A DNA stretch of 63,555 nucleotides, counting the filler, from Lenisia limosa (taxonomy: Eukaryota > Protista > Breviatea), in assembly GCA_001655205.1 (NCBI GenBank). It is 12 parts of 12 records of this genome, joined end to end, with 100 filler letters (N's around TTAATTAATTAA, not from the genome) between each part and the next. Parts side by side here need not be neighbours in the genome. Positions count along the whole stretch, not along the records: positions 11,029 to 13,156 come from LPNZ01005530.1; positions 13,257 to 22,663 come from LPNZ01003278.1; positions 22,764 to 32,408 come from LPNZ01009819.1; 9 more parts are not named here. One strand, 5' to 3'. This document shows, in pieces, positions 11,334 through 23,101 of this stretch. The translations under genes were made by a program, and so were the position numbers. The notes beneath the pieces are model-generated. The model did not search any database, had not been told where the DNA came from, and was given only the letters and a program-made list of their open reading frames with translations. The number at the start of each line of letters is the position of its first letter. The first letter of the stretch is position 1.

Positions 11334-12823
11334 TAAAACAANNNNNNNNNNNNNNNNNNNNNNNNNNNNNNNNNNNNNNNNNNNNNNNNNNNNNNNNNNN
11401 NNNNNNNNNNNNNNNNNNNNNNNNNNNNNNNNNNNNNNNNNNNNNNNNNNNNNNNNNNNNNNNNNTATTTGCTTACAACTGCACACAGCTTTCTGCCTCT
11501 CCAGCGCACACAGTATAATAACAAGAAAATATACAAGCCTTCGCTTTAATGATGTAATATGATTTTTGTTTCATCTCTGCATGTAATTCCGCAGATTAAG
11601 ACCAGATTGATGAAAGAGTTGACTCATAATCTGATAGTGATGATTTTGAATACTGTGTGACTCATGACAATATTCAAAATCATCAATATCATCATTTTCA
11701 GGATACATCTCTGAATATAAAGAGCTTCTATTTGCGAAGACAAATCCCCATTAAGCCTATTTTATCCGTTATAATATTGCTCACATTTTGGCAGAAGCCA
11801 GGAAGACGACCGTGAGAAGCACAACAAGACACAGCATAATGCTAAGTGTACTGGGTTCAAGCAAAGCGGATAATTACGAGAAGTGCGATTTCCACAGTCA
11901 CACAGTATATCTAGTTAACACTTAACACCCTACTTAGGCTTTAGGCGATTGAGATTTTTTTTTTTCGTCTGAAGGTTAATATGTAACAAATGTAACTTAG
12001 TGTCAATTTTCAACAGATTCCCCAATTCCCCAATCTCCAATTTCTCTTTACCTTTACCACTAGAAGTCAAATAAACAAGCTTACCGAGGCTTGTTCGTCT
12101 TTCTTCCAAGATCAGTGGCAACTATTCAGACTACGACGACTATAACCAATGTAATTGGGTCGTTGGGAAGAGAGGCTTACTGCTATATATACATATATGT
12201 ACTTTCAGTATTCTTCTCCTTGCTTACCACAGTCATTTTGACAAGGTGTTTCTAAGTTATCATATTTCACTTTGTGGGTCCTTCTCTGCGTCCTCCTTTC
12301 CCATGGTTTTGTGAGTGAGAGATTGGAAGCCTCGTTGTTGCTTCATCAATGGCAAATCGCATCTTACTTGCTTCATCAATGGCAAATCTCATCTTGCCCT
12401 AGTCTAATCTCTCATTCTTTCAGACAGTGTATTTTCTTAAATCACATTTATCATTTCACCCAGACTGAGCTTGCTTGTTTGTAGTATTCAACCCTCGTGT
12501 GGTTGTTGATAACAGAGTTTATTTTGGGCTTTTTTTTTGTTCTGCCAGCTACTATAATCCGATATCTCTGAGAAGAAATACAACCTTGTTTTATTTATCA
12601 TCGCTAATTATAAGTTCACAGACGGAAGGGACCCGGTTATTTCTGGCCCCTTAGACTACTCCTACTCAAGCCCTTCTGTTAAACAAAGATCCAACATGTA
12701 AGCGTGGTGTGTGTGAGTGTTTTTTTTTTTTTTTTTNNNNNNNNNNNNNNNNNNNNNNNNNNNNNNNNNNNNNNNNNNNNNNNNNNNNNNNNNNNNNNNN
12801 NNNNNNNNNNNNNNNNNNNNNNN

Positions 12824-12928
12824 TGCAGAAGCGACTGGTCTGGGCGTTGTTTGTTTTGCCCTTGTGTGTTGTCAACTTGATTTTTTTTTTGTTTCATAAA
12901 TTGTCTTTGTTTACTCCCCACTGTCAGT
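12824..12928 (+). repeat. Repeat family C copy
   Basis: TGCAGAAGCGACTGGTCTGGGC...TTTACTCCCCACTGTCAG; a partial copy lies at 12486-12548. Confidence 0.8.
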
Positions 12929-12948
12929 CATTAGATTTTAGATAGAAT

Positions 12949-13069
12949 AGACAGATGGGTAGTAACAGATTTTAGGTGAACTTGACAAATGGGCAGTCAC
13001 AGTTTTTGGATGAATAAACAAAGGAGTAGTAACAGATTTTAGGTGGAATAGACAAATGGGCAGTAACAG
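12949..13069. repeat. ~34 nt diverged minisatellite, ~3.5 units
   Basis: Unit approximately TAGACAAATGGGCAGTAACAGATTTTAGGTGAA. Confidence 0.75.
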
Positions 13070-13133
13070 TGCTGACCCCAATATCGACACCACCAACTGG
13101 TCCAACAGCATTGAAGTTGTTCGCAGCAAGCAG
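13070..13133 (+). CDS. Probable exon of an unidentified gene on scaffold 3
   Basis: AG/GT-bounded open segment ADPNIDTTNWSNSIEVVRSKQ. Other candidate exons at 11096-11180 and 11796-11882 could not be phased. Confidence 0.3.
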
Positions 13134-13365
13134 GTGCATGAAAGTGAGGGGGGGGGNNNNNNNNNNNNNNNNNNNNNNNNNNNNNNNNNNNNNNNNNNNN
13201 TTAATTAATTAANNNNNNNNNNNNNNNNNNNNNNNNNNNNNNNNNNNNNNNNNNNNGGGGGAACGATGTGTTTGGGGAGAAGGAAAGGATGATGTGTTGG
13301 AGGTGGGGAGAAGGAAAGGATGACACAAATGAAAGGATTGCTTCTCTCTGCATTCTAATGTACTC

Positions 13366-16300
13366 AGGGCTACTTTAAAGTGGACCTCTCTTGCAGTAAA
13401 TGTGACAGCAGCGCCAACTACCTTCTTCCCATTTGCATTTTTGCGGTTGTGGCCTTCCTGGTCTTCCTCTTTTTTAACAGGTGGGAGATTTGAATGTATT
13501 TCAATATTCAAACGAATTTTCTGGTTAAAATTCTCAAAAAGCAAAGCAAATCACGTGTCCTGAATTTGATTATTAAACTCTTTGCCACAGCTACCGTCCA
13601 AGCCAAATTGAAACCTTCGGAGCTGTTCGTCTCTTCTTCAACTTCCTCCAGGTCACAGCACTGTATTCTTCGTTCCTTGTGGGTTAAGGGCTACTTTTTG
13701 GAGTAAGATTTTGTACATAAGATATTTATAATTACCTGCCATTTCATAATAGTAAACATATTTGCTGATAGTTTACTGGAACATGAACTTTGAATACAGA
13801 TAGAAAGAGTAGCAGGGGGTTTCTACTGACGAGCTTGAGGCAAAATAATACAGATATTACCACAGTGATCTCATATATAACCGACAGTATAATATGATTG
13901 ACTATAATTCATGTATGTTATACAAGTAACCAATATTCAAAATGAGTCAATTTCTGATGATAGACCCTCAATCTGTCCTTCATAAGTTTAACTGCCTTCA
14001 GGTGAATTGGCCAGAAAGGGTGAAAGACGCCTTCCTTATCCTCAGTATTGTGAATGCCAATGGTGAGGGAGACTGGCAAAATATCATGTTTGTTTCAACA
14101 CCAAAAAACGTGGCGTTGGGGCCTTTGTTTGTAGAAAATGATGTTCCTATAGACATTGTTGACTTTTTCTCAGTTTTTGAAACTTTTTGAGTTTGTTTTA
14201 TGTCTCAAATATGTATAGTCAAAGCTCCGGACATCATTCAAAATTCCCGGACACATCAAAACTCCTAGACAGCTTGAGTTTTTCCCTACAAAATCACCAT
14301 AAACCACCCAAAAACCCTATTTCCCTTTTGTTTTCGAAAGTAATCTCAATCTTAATTAAAGCATGAAACCCCAATTTAACATATTGTCGGGTCAAAACCA
14401 AATTAAGTCCCTGAGCTCTCTGTTAATGGTCCAAATACTGTCAAAAACAAGCAAAAACCGTTATAAAAGGCCACATTCAAGGAATAAATGGCAACTATCC
14501 GGGAAAGTTTACCCCTTGTAGACAGTGCTATTTTGAGCAATTTTCTCTCAAAATTCACCATTACATAGCCAAAGTAAAGTGGAACCCGGAACCAAATACT
14601 CCGAGGGGTGCAAATTTTTGTTTCTTAACACTTAAAGAGGGTAAGATTCAGAAAAAAATCCTGTGAAAAGGCAAAAGGGGGACCCCCGGGAGACCAAATT
14701 CACGGATTTTTGACGTTTGCTCAAAATTGAAAAAAAAAGTTAGGGAACATTTGGAGGACCATTTCTCTTTGTATCTGTCGAAACAGATTTCCAAAAAACA
14801 CTAGCAATGGCCTATACAAGGCATTAACTTCAAGCTGTCCGGAGTTTTAATGTGTCCGGGAATTTTGAATGGTGTCCGGAGCTTTGAGGACCCACATATA
14901 TGTGTATGCCACAACCCCCCACAACCCCACTTACCCACTTTTTTTTACTTCGCTGACCGATGTAGTCGAACTAGCCGCACCAGAATGCGCTCTAAATAGG
15001 AATTTTACTTACTATGAGAAGGTAGGGATGGAACAGCATCACAAGAGGAAGACATAGGTCACATCTCCGATGTCGTCGATACTAATCCTCTTATCCCCTT
15101 ACGTCGACCGTATTCTCATGAAGGGAAATGTTTTTTTTACCGGCTTGTATATTTTATTTAGAAAAAACATGGGGTTAGCGGCCTCCTACAAGCACGTTTC
15201 TTACTTTACAGTTCTTCCTGAAGCTTCTATTTCCCGTGGCGTCTGTGGTGCTGGTTTTCCTTGTATTTCTGTTGACCAATCTGCTGACATGGGTGTTGAT
15301 AATGTCTGGTAAAACTCCCGCAAGGTTGGTACAAGCTCTTACACGTGATGCATAACGTTATACTATTATTTTGTAAAGGATCCTTTATTATTCTTTTTTA
15401 CTATTTCTGTGTGATTTATTTTAGTTGCTACATTCTCATTAGAAAGCCTTCATAAATGAATGAATCTCACAAAAAAAATCATATCATCTGATCCAAAAAA
15501 GCTCGCCAATATTTCCCTAATATTTCCTTCGCAAATACATTTGCCCTCACACTTGGCAGTGCGCCACCCAAGCCCTTGAAGCCCCTAAAACATCTCTTGT
15601 GGAGAATATGTACACCATTTTCCAAGGATGACAGGAAGCATCTCAATTACGCCTTGCTCAGGACAATTGCTGTGGGATGAGGGATGGGGACTTTAATTAA
15701 AAAAAAATGTTGGTGGCTGTGTCTACCTCCACAATTATTATATGTGTTAGTTATGTTTATGTCGCATCCTGGTATGGTTGTGGTGACATTTTGCTGATAC
15801 CACCTCCAGAATATTAACATTCTCTTCTACTTGCCGCTGGCACGCACTGTTCTCGAGTACTTCGACTGCACTTTGGTAGGCGAAGGGGGGGGGCAACTCT
15901 TTCGTTAGAGCACACTCAACTTTCAACTAAGCAAACTCTCTTTCTTACAACATGTATACATTTACAAATGATAAACAATCACACTACTCTCCCCCTGTCT
16001 TAATTCTCCCTCACGTTTCCTCCATCCAACTCCCCTCTTACTCCCAAGCAACCTGACGGTAGTTTGGTGCTCGATGCTCTTCCTGATATCACGTGCTACG
16101 AAGGAAGCTACAACATCTATTTGCCTGTAGCTATTGTAGGTGGAGGAATCAGCTTTCACAGCAATATATGATATCCAATAATCCCTAACATTGCCATCCT
16201 TATATTACCCATAATACATCATTATTATCTCGCTTATCAACCTCTCTAAAATGGCCAAGCAGAACACGTTTGCTATTAATTGTCTTCACTTGGTTCCGAA

Positions 16301-17797
16301 AAGACTGAAAATATTTGATAGATCCTCGATATTTTTCGGAGAGATGGGACGCCCGATATTGATACAATTCACCGCCTAGCTTGCAGCAGTTTTCTTTGTG
16401 GGCATAGTACCAATGGTAGCTATTGTGGCAGTGACATGGGCCCTCAAGGACCCCTACCATCACAAGCGATATGCCTTATTCAGCTTCATCTACGCAAGGT
16501 GTGGGGTGAAGAGGCTACGGGTACGTAATTTTGATCACAATAAGCGTTGTTGTCTTTCTATCTCTCTGATATAACAATACCTTCATGTTTTATGTCAATA
16601 CCTTCATGTTTTATGTCAATTTGAGATTTTTTTATATTAATAGTCTTCACCGAATCTAGATATCACACAAGCTGGGCATACTGGGAAATTGTGATAATGA
16701 CGCGGAAGCTGCTGGTGGTTATTGTGGTCCTCTTTCTGAGCACGTAGGAGGGGCTAGTGAATTATCATTCACGTCACTTCACTTTGCTTTTATTATTAAT
16801 GTTTTTATTTCAAAGTTTTACAGCACCAATCATGTTTCACTTTTTACAGACGAATACAAATGCAAGTTTCTGCGGGGTGTGTTCTGCTTACACTATCGCT
16901 TTTCCTGCACCTCCACAGCCAGCCCTTCAGAACACCCCTCTTTAACTTCCTTGTGGGGATGTATATGTATACCCAGCCTGTAGTTGTTTTTGGACCTTTT
17001 GTTTCTTTTCTACCGCCGCCAAGCAATGATATAATATCCTTCCTTCACCCCACCCCCCAATAATGGGATGTGGTGCTGCAGAAGCGACTGGCCTATCAAC
17101 CCTTGTGTGTTGTTAGCCAGCAGAGTCAATTTTACTCCCTCAATAATACTCTCCATCCTTTACCCTCTCTCCCCAGGACGGACTGGGTTTAGTCGGTAAC
17201 TCTGTGATCTTGATGATCGGCAACACCTACCTTGGAAGGAGTGAAGTTGTTGACGAGGCGCAAGTGGACTACGAAGATGATGTGAGGGGGTGCGATCATA
17301 CCTATTTCTCTAAATTGTTTATTAAGAACAAAAATTACATTACTCTCAGTTTCAGGCTTCTGTATCTTGGGTTCTTTTTTTTGATAACATGGTATATAGT
17401 GTGGTTTCTCCTTGGATTTCCTTCGCATATTCCCATATTTACATGTATGATATAATATATTACATAATGTAAATATTAGCGCTATTCTAATTACCTAGTC
17501 GACAATCCTCCTGTTGGCAGTGTTTGCAATCCTCGTGACAATTCCCCTCATATTCACCATATCAATGCTGGTGTCTTTGCAGGATGGTAAAGCGGGGAAG
17601 GGTAATGCCACTTTTATGTTTTCATTGTATTCACTCTGAGGAAGTAATAATTATCACATTTCTAATTATGATATGTTTTATGAATGAAATTTTTCTGATA
17701 ATTTTCCAGCTTCGAAACATAAGAGCTTTGAGACACAAAGAAAAGAGGCGTTGGCAGAATTAGAATCACAGGATACAATTGGGTTTGAGGATATGTA
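13366..17797 (+). CDS. Multi-pass membrane protein (C-terminal ~7-8 TM region after a Cys-containing ectodomain), 5' partial
   Basis: Exons GYFKVDLSCSKCD..LLPICIFAVVAFLVFLFF / GAVRLFFNFLQ / VNWPERVKDAFLILSIVNAN-VELAAPEC / FFLKLLFPVASVVLVFLVF / LFYLPLARTVLEYFDC / DGSLVLDALPDITCY / RYALFSFIYAR-YHTSWAYWEIVIMTRKLLVVIVVLF / QPFRTPLFNFL-DGLGLV; stop after GFEDM. The WP..N..PEC and YWE..RK pattern is typical of large protist multi-TM proteins. Confidence 0.8.
14216..14887. mobile_element. Non-autonomous DNA transposon (~670 bp) with ~60 bp TIRs, inside intron 14063-14965
   Basis: Left TAGTCAAAGCTCCGGACATCATTCAAAATTCCCGGACACATCAAAACTCCTAGACAGCTTGA is the near-perfect reverse complement of 14829-14887. 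Three internal (T)CCGGACA repeats per TIR, TA at the left end, no internal ORF. Confidence 0.85.
17064..17140 (+). repeat. Intronic repeat family C (internally deleted), ~35 nt before the acceptor at 17176
   Basis: TGGGATGTGGTGCTGCAGAAGCGACTGGCC-TATCAACCCTTGTGTGTTG..AATTTTACTCCC. Confidence 0.82.
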
Positions 17798-17869
17798 AGG
17801 TGAATATTGTTGTTAGTTTCAATATGGTATTGCATGTTTCTGTTTCTATGTATTATTATGATGTTCAAA

Positions 17870-20412
17870 ATTCTTGGATGTTTTGTATCTCAGACCCCCT
17901 GATATTAGCGTAAGATTCTTCTTTGTTAAAGAAACTCGTTCATTCACCCGAGAATACTCGAGACAATAGTGTATTTACAACTTTGAGAAACCCACTTGAG
18001 AACTAACAACCCCCATGAACCATTTAGACCTGAACAACACACTTTCCATCACCTTTGCAAGGTTCACCTCTGAACTAGTCAGAAGAAATGACAAGGGAAT
18101 GTTTGCAGTATAACTAAGGTCATTCCAAGAGATATAACAATAGAAATGTCAAAATCAGGGCACTTTGTTTACCTTGGTATCTGTTTGACTTGAGTGGCTG
18201 TAAATGAACAAGTTTCGTCGACCACGGCTCTGAACAGTCAAAAACAGTCAAACGATACAAACACCAACAAGATTGTTGTTTTTCACAAGGTTCAAGAGGC
18301 ACCCTCTCGAGTAAAAGACCAATTTTATGTGATGTTGTTACAATATTGAAAACTCATGTTTTAGCAAATTGAACACCATTTTATTTTCAAAAACTTAACA
18401 GACCATGGTCCCACAGACGCATTTTCTGTTTGGAAAGACGTCTGTATTACTTTCGCTGTAGATCCTTTCTTCAATTCAAAAGCCGCTAAATGTGAGGGAA
18501 AGTACACGCGAGGCAATAGGGTAAGAATTAATCAAGCCATTCATGGATACCCCAAACAAAGCCAAAGTCCCAAGCACAATAGCTTACCACTGTTTCCAGC
18601 GCAATACATCTAAAACAATTAGTTTCTCACTTATTCGGAAATTTGTAAAAAGGAGACGGGGTATTGGAGAACGTATTGATGAATCAGTATTCTTACCCAT
18701 GTTTTGCTGTTCCCATCAGACATAAAGCTTGAACTGCGCATCTGAAATGACAGTAAGAAAACTCTAAAAACAAGGAATCCCACCTTGATCACGGATTCTT
18801 CATTATAATAAAAAGAGGCATCTGCGTTTTTCAATTCAATTTGAGAACTAAACCGTGAGAAAAAGCACCAATACTCAAATTCATAAGGTTCAACCTTTCC
18901 GCTTCTATTTGACCTAACAACAGTTCTCCAGTCATCGACACATTACACTATTACGGTGAGAGTTATTTCCGTTCCAATCAGAAATTATCTCGCAAAATTT
19001 GTTTAGCGTACGGATATGGAGGTACATGTTGGAGCTTTACCTTGTTAAAATGGAAAGTGGCCGAAGATTTCACTTGGTTTTCAGATGATAAACGATCAAA
19101 AACAACCTCAGTACCTTCAAACCTAAAAGAAGATCAAAATAAATATGCTGCCTATTGCATACTCTGAGAAGGAATTCTCCTGGGTCATTTTGGTTGTTTG
19201 CAATTTTGCCCTTTTCCCTGTGATTGTTACCACAAGATAAGTTGCAGTTCTTCAATGAACAGTAATTTATTTTAAATGTGATACTAACATGAGGGTTTCA
19301 CTGAAATGGAATTCCCCAAAATATGTGATGCATATTGAAGAATATTAAATTGAGTAAAAGAAATAAGAATCTTTTTCAGTAAGCTTTTCCACCGTATCTT
19401 ACCATTCATTGAAATGCCCCCGATCAGTGAAGAAGAAACCTCTAGTTCAGCCATTGGGTGGTTCAAGACAGCAAAAAGCCCATTGTAATTTCTGACTCTC
19501 TTGAAGATGTTAACCTCAAGTCAGGGTTGTACATGTCAAATATTATTGATTTAAATTAATTTTGGTTATTGAAAGTGAGATACTACCTCTTAATCACTAA
19601 AAATATTGCCTTTACAAGTCACCGACTGAGTTTGTGACTTGGATTTTGACAGGTGAATTAGAAATAAGAGAAGCGGATCCGAAACAGTCGATGACGGTAC
19701 TCTGGGGGAATTACATCTTAAATGTCATATTCTAATTATTATAGGAATTAAACAGCTCTCACTGATACGTCAAGGGAACCTGATTTGACTGTGATACATT
19801 GGGGGTCTTTTTTCTGTGGTGTAAACTTGTGATATCACCTTAATGCCATGTGGTTAAAGAAGTCGATTTCAGTAAAAATAGGGCACTAGCATTCAAAAAA
19901 TGCTTTCAGATTAAAAAAATGACCTTTTAGCATATTTTGACTCAAAAAGGACAATTTTATCAGGGTCCAAACAGAGTGGAAAGATACAAGAACCACCCAA
20001 CTGCATACTGATCCCAAGATGAACTCGACATTCATAAACTGAACGGAAGACTTGTTGTCAACAATAATCTGTGGACTTGGGCCGTCTGAGTGCATAAAAA
20101 TAGAATAGAGATGACAGGTATATATGAATATTTATAATATTGCAGCCAAACTTCAGCAATCAAAGTTATCAAGAAAATGTATGGAAAATGGAAAAGGGTG
20201 GTATCTATTTTGACAATGTAGGCTGTAGGTCAGAAACCAAACACCATATGACTCCACAAACCAGAGCTAAACTTGAGACCAACAATTGAAGCACCGTCGA
20301 TGATGAGATCGGGCGAGGTAATGATGAAAGGCTTGAATCTGGAGGAGGAAGTAGATAGCAAGTAAATGGTAAAAGCAAGACAATGGGTATATGAATTGTT
20401 AGCTTTCATCAC
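17870..20412 (-). CDS. Multi-exon hypothetical protein, possibly secreted
   Basis: Short minus exons (SQIELKNADASFYYNEESVIK, MRSSSFMSDGNSKTW, MYCAGNS, HPMAELEVSSSLIGGISMN) with GT/AG boundaries. Possible hydrophobic N-terminus at 20412; gene limits uncertain. Confidence 0.4.
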
Positions 20413-21277
20413 TCAGTCATAATTTATCTTCTTATATACATACAGAAAGATCCCCACTACGTTTGGTTGTACTCTGTGGTGTAATTTGCACTAACCGAGA
20501 TCAGAAACTAAAGCGGGTGATGTGAGGAATTTGGGGAATGTTGGTTGGGTTGAGCAGTGGAGAGTGAAAGGAATTGTTGGATTGCTAGATTAATTTTCCA
20601 GCAAAAATTAAACAACTAAATCTTTATTTTGTCATTTCAGTTTTCACATAAAATAAACATGACATTGGGGCAATAAATGGGGCTGGAGTCAAAAGCGGCA
20701 CAATCATACATAATACCCCGCTTTCCGACATACCTTGGTGTGTGCATGTTTATTGGCAAAGTCTATGGCCTGGTTGAGGTTCATCTTTTCGTTAATGAAC
20801 AAATTATGGCGGTCTACGGCACAGGAAGCACCAAGAAGAAAACTGAGCACAAGAACTAGGGATAGATAAGATAATGACATGATGGACGTGTGACGTGTGN
20901 NNNNNNNNNNNNNNNNNNNNNNNNNNNNNNNNNNNNNNNNNNNNNNNNNNNNNNNNNNNNNNNNNNNNNNNNNNNNNNNNNNNNNNNNNNNNNNNNNNNN
21001 NNNNAAATATATGTCACTAAATTCACAATCGGTGACAGGGTATTGTAATGACGTCAGTTAAATTGTAAGGGTTCATGGTTCCGGCTGTAAGTTCAAAACT
21101 AATGTGCTGACGTCATGATGTCTTGGAATTCAAATGAATCCAACCATCGCACAATTCATGGGGTGTATATGGTCTTCCTTATCCATGGCACAATTGTACA
21201 ATCAAATAAAAGTACTATTAATTATATAATAACACAATAAGGACCTAGAGAGATATAAGAGACTCAGATCAAGCATC

Positions 21278-22536
21278 ATGTCTTCCAAGCTTCTCTCAGC
21301 CTTGTTGCTTATTTGGCTGTTCATTCAAGCCCCGGCTTATGCCTACCAATACCTCTACCAGTTGGGCGGGAGAAGGATGGGGCTGGATTCTGGTTGCAAA
21401 TGGAGTATTGATGTTTCTAGTTGGGTTTATATTGAAGGTTATGCAACCTTTATTTCATTCTTTCAACAAAAATATATTCATTCCGATTAGGATTGATGTA
21501 TGTCATGATAACATCACAGGGACGCAGGAGGAGACGTTGTCACCAACGCAGGAGTAAGCGATATATCGATAGTCCCGAAGAGCTACGTTGACTCTCAGGT
21601 GATGCTCTGGGTGAAGTGTTTGTGAAGAAGGCTTCAATTAAGTCGAACCATAGCTTGACTTTTCGAAGACTACTAAGTAAATTGATTGAATACGGAATAT
21701 TGCACTCCTTTTCAATGTTCTTTTTAGATCGGCGCTATTCAAGAAACCTTAGCCAACATCACTGCCCAGCTTAAACTGGTGAGGATCTGTTTCATTACCC
21801 CCCCCCCCCNNNNNNNNNNNNNNNNNNNNNNNNNNNNNNNNNNNNNNNNNNNNNNNNNNNNNNNNNNNNNNNNNNNNNNNNNNNNNNNNNNNNNGTGAAA
21901 TGCTTTATAGCCACCCCCACCTTAGTCAGTAATAATATTTTTTTTTAGATATTTTATGTTAAGGGATAGGAAAGGGTTTTTTTCGTTAGGAATGCGGTGT
22001 TTTTCTGTCGCTTCATATTTCTTGAGAATAATTAGCTAAGTGTTATGTACGTCCTCATGTTCACTTACATTCTAGCTCAACGACAAAGTGTTCCCTACTT
22101 ATTTAAGCTGCCAAGACGCCTATGATGCAGGTTTGGAGTCCCCATTGCTGAAGCAGGGTGTCTAAAAAATTCTTCGATAGGTATTAATATTTCACTGACA
22201 TTTTTCGGACCAAAAGTACAACGGATCTTTTGGATATTTGCTTCTGCATTGTCGGTTTTGGCAGAGTAATCACGAAATGATTAACCTCGCCACAAGATGT
22301 CTTGAAATAGTCATTTGCTTTTTTTTTTTTTAATNNNNNNNNNNNNNNNNNNNNNNNNNNNNNNNNNNNNNNNNNNNNNNNNNNNNNNNNNNNNNNNNNN
22401 NNNNNNNNNNNNNNNNNNNNNNNNNNNNNNNNNNNNNTTTCTACTTTTGGGCTCAAGTTCTTGTGTTGGTCTAATCATCGCAGGTGAACGTGATTCTGGT
22501 CATTTCACAATTGCTCTCGACGGAATATCCACAAAT
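21278..22536 (+). CDS. Secreted protein with the start of a fibrinogen-C-like domain, 3' partial
   Basis: Signal peptide MSSKLLSALLLIWLFIQAPAYA. Exons IGAIQETLANITAQLK / LNDKVFPTYLSCQDAYDA / GERDSGHFTIALDGISTN, the last two joining in phase (22130 to 22484) to give SC..D..G..SG.F.I..DG. Confidence 0.6.
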
Positions 22537-23101
22537 GTGAGATCATGGGGGTTGATCTTTGTATACCGTGACCGGAGGAATTCTTGACTGATTCTTGACT
22601 GACACATGATCCGATTTCCTTCTTTCTAAATCAAGACCAACAAAGTTGTTTTTTTAGATTAATNNNNNNNNNNNNNNNNNNNNNNNNNNNNNNNNNNNNN
22701 NNNNNNNTTAATTAATTAANNNNNNNNNNNNNNNNNNNNNNNNNNNNNNNNNNNNNNNNNNNNTTGGAGCTGCGTCATAACTGGGGTGGGGGTGGGATGT
22801 GTTATTTACTGAATCCCTAAAATCAACTTTTTTCGTGTTTATATTTCATAATAGAACAAATATTTATGATGATGTCATATCATCATATGATATAGTAAAA
22901 TACTGTAGAAGAGCAATAAAACAAGGCCATCGACACCATCACGCTTATCAGCGATATAATATTACAACTGTACATGAGCCCCCCCCCCCCNNNNNNNNNN
23001 NNNNNNNNNNNNNNNNNNNNNNNNNNNNNNNNNNNNNNNNNNNNNNNNNNNNNNNNNNNNNNNNNNNNNNNNNNNNNNNNNNNNNNNNNNNNNNNNNNNN
23101 N

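Noticed and set aside
13070-13133. Ankyrin repeat suggested by ADPNI
   Set aside because: The following residues (DTTNWSNSIEVV) lack the G.TPLH.A pattern.
13209-13706. Minus-strand ORF 13209-13544 as a gene
   Set aside because: The plus strand gives phased exons that fit the downstream membrane protein.
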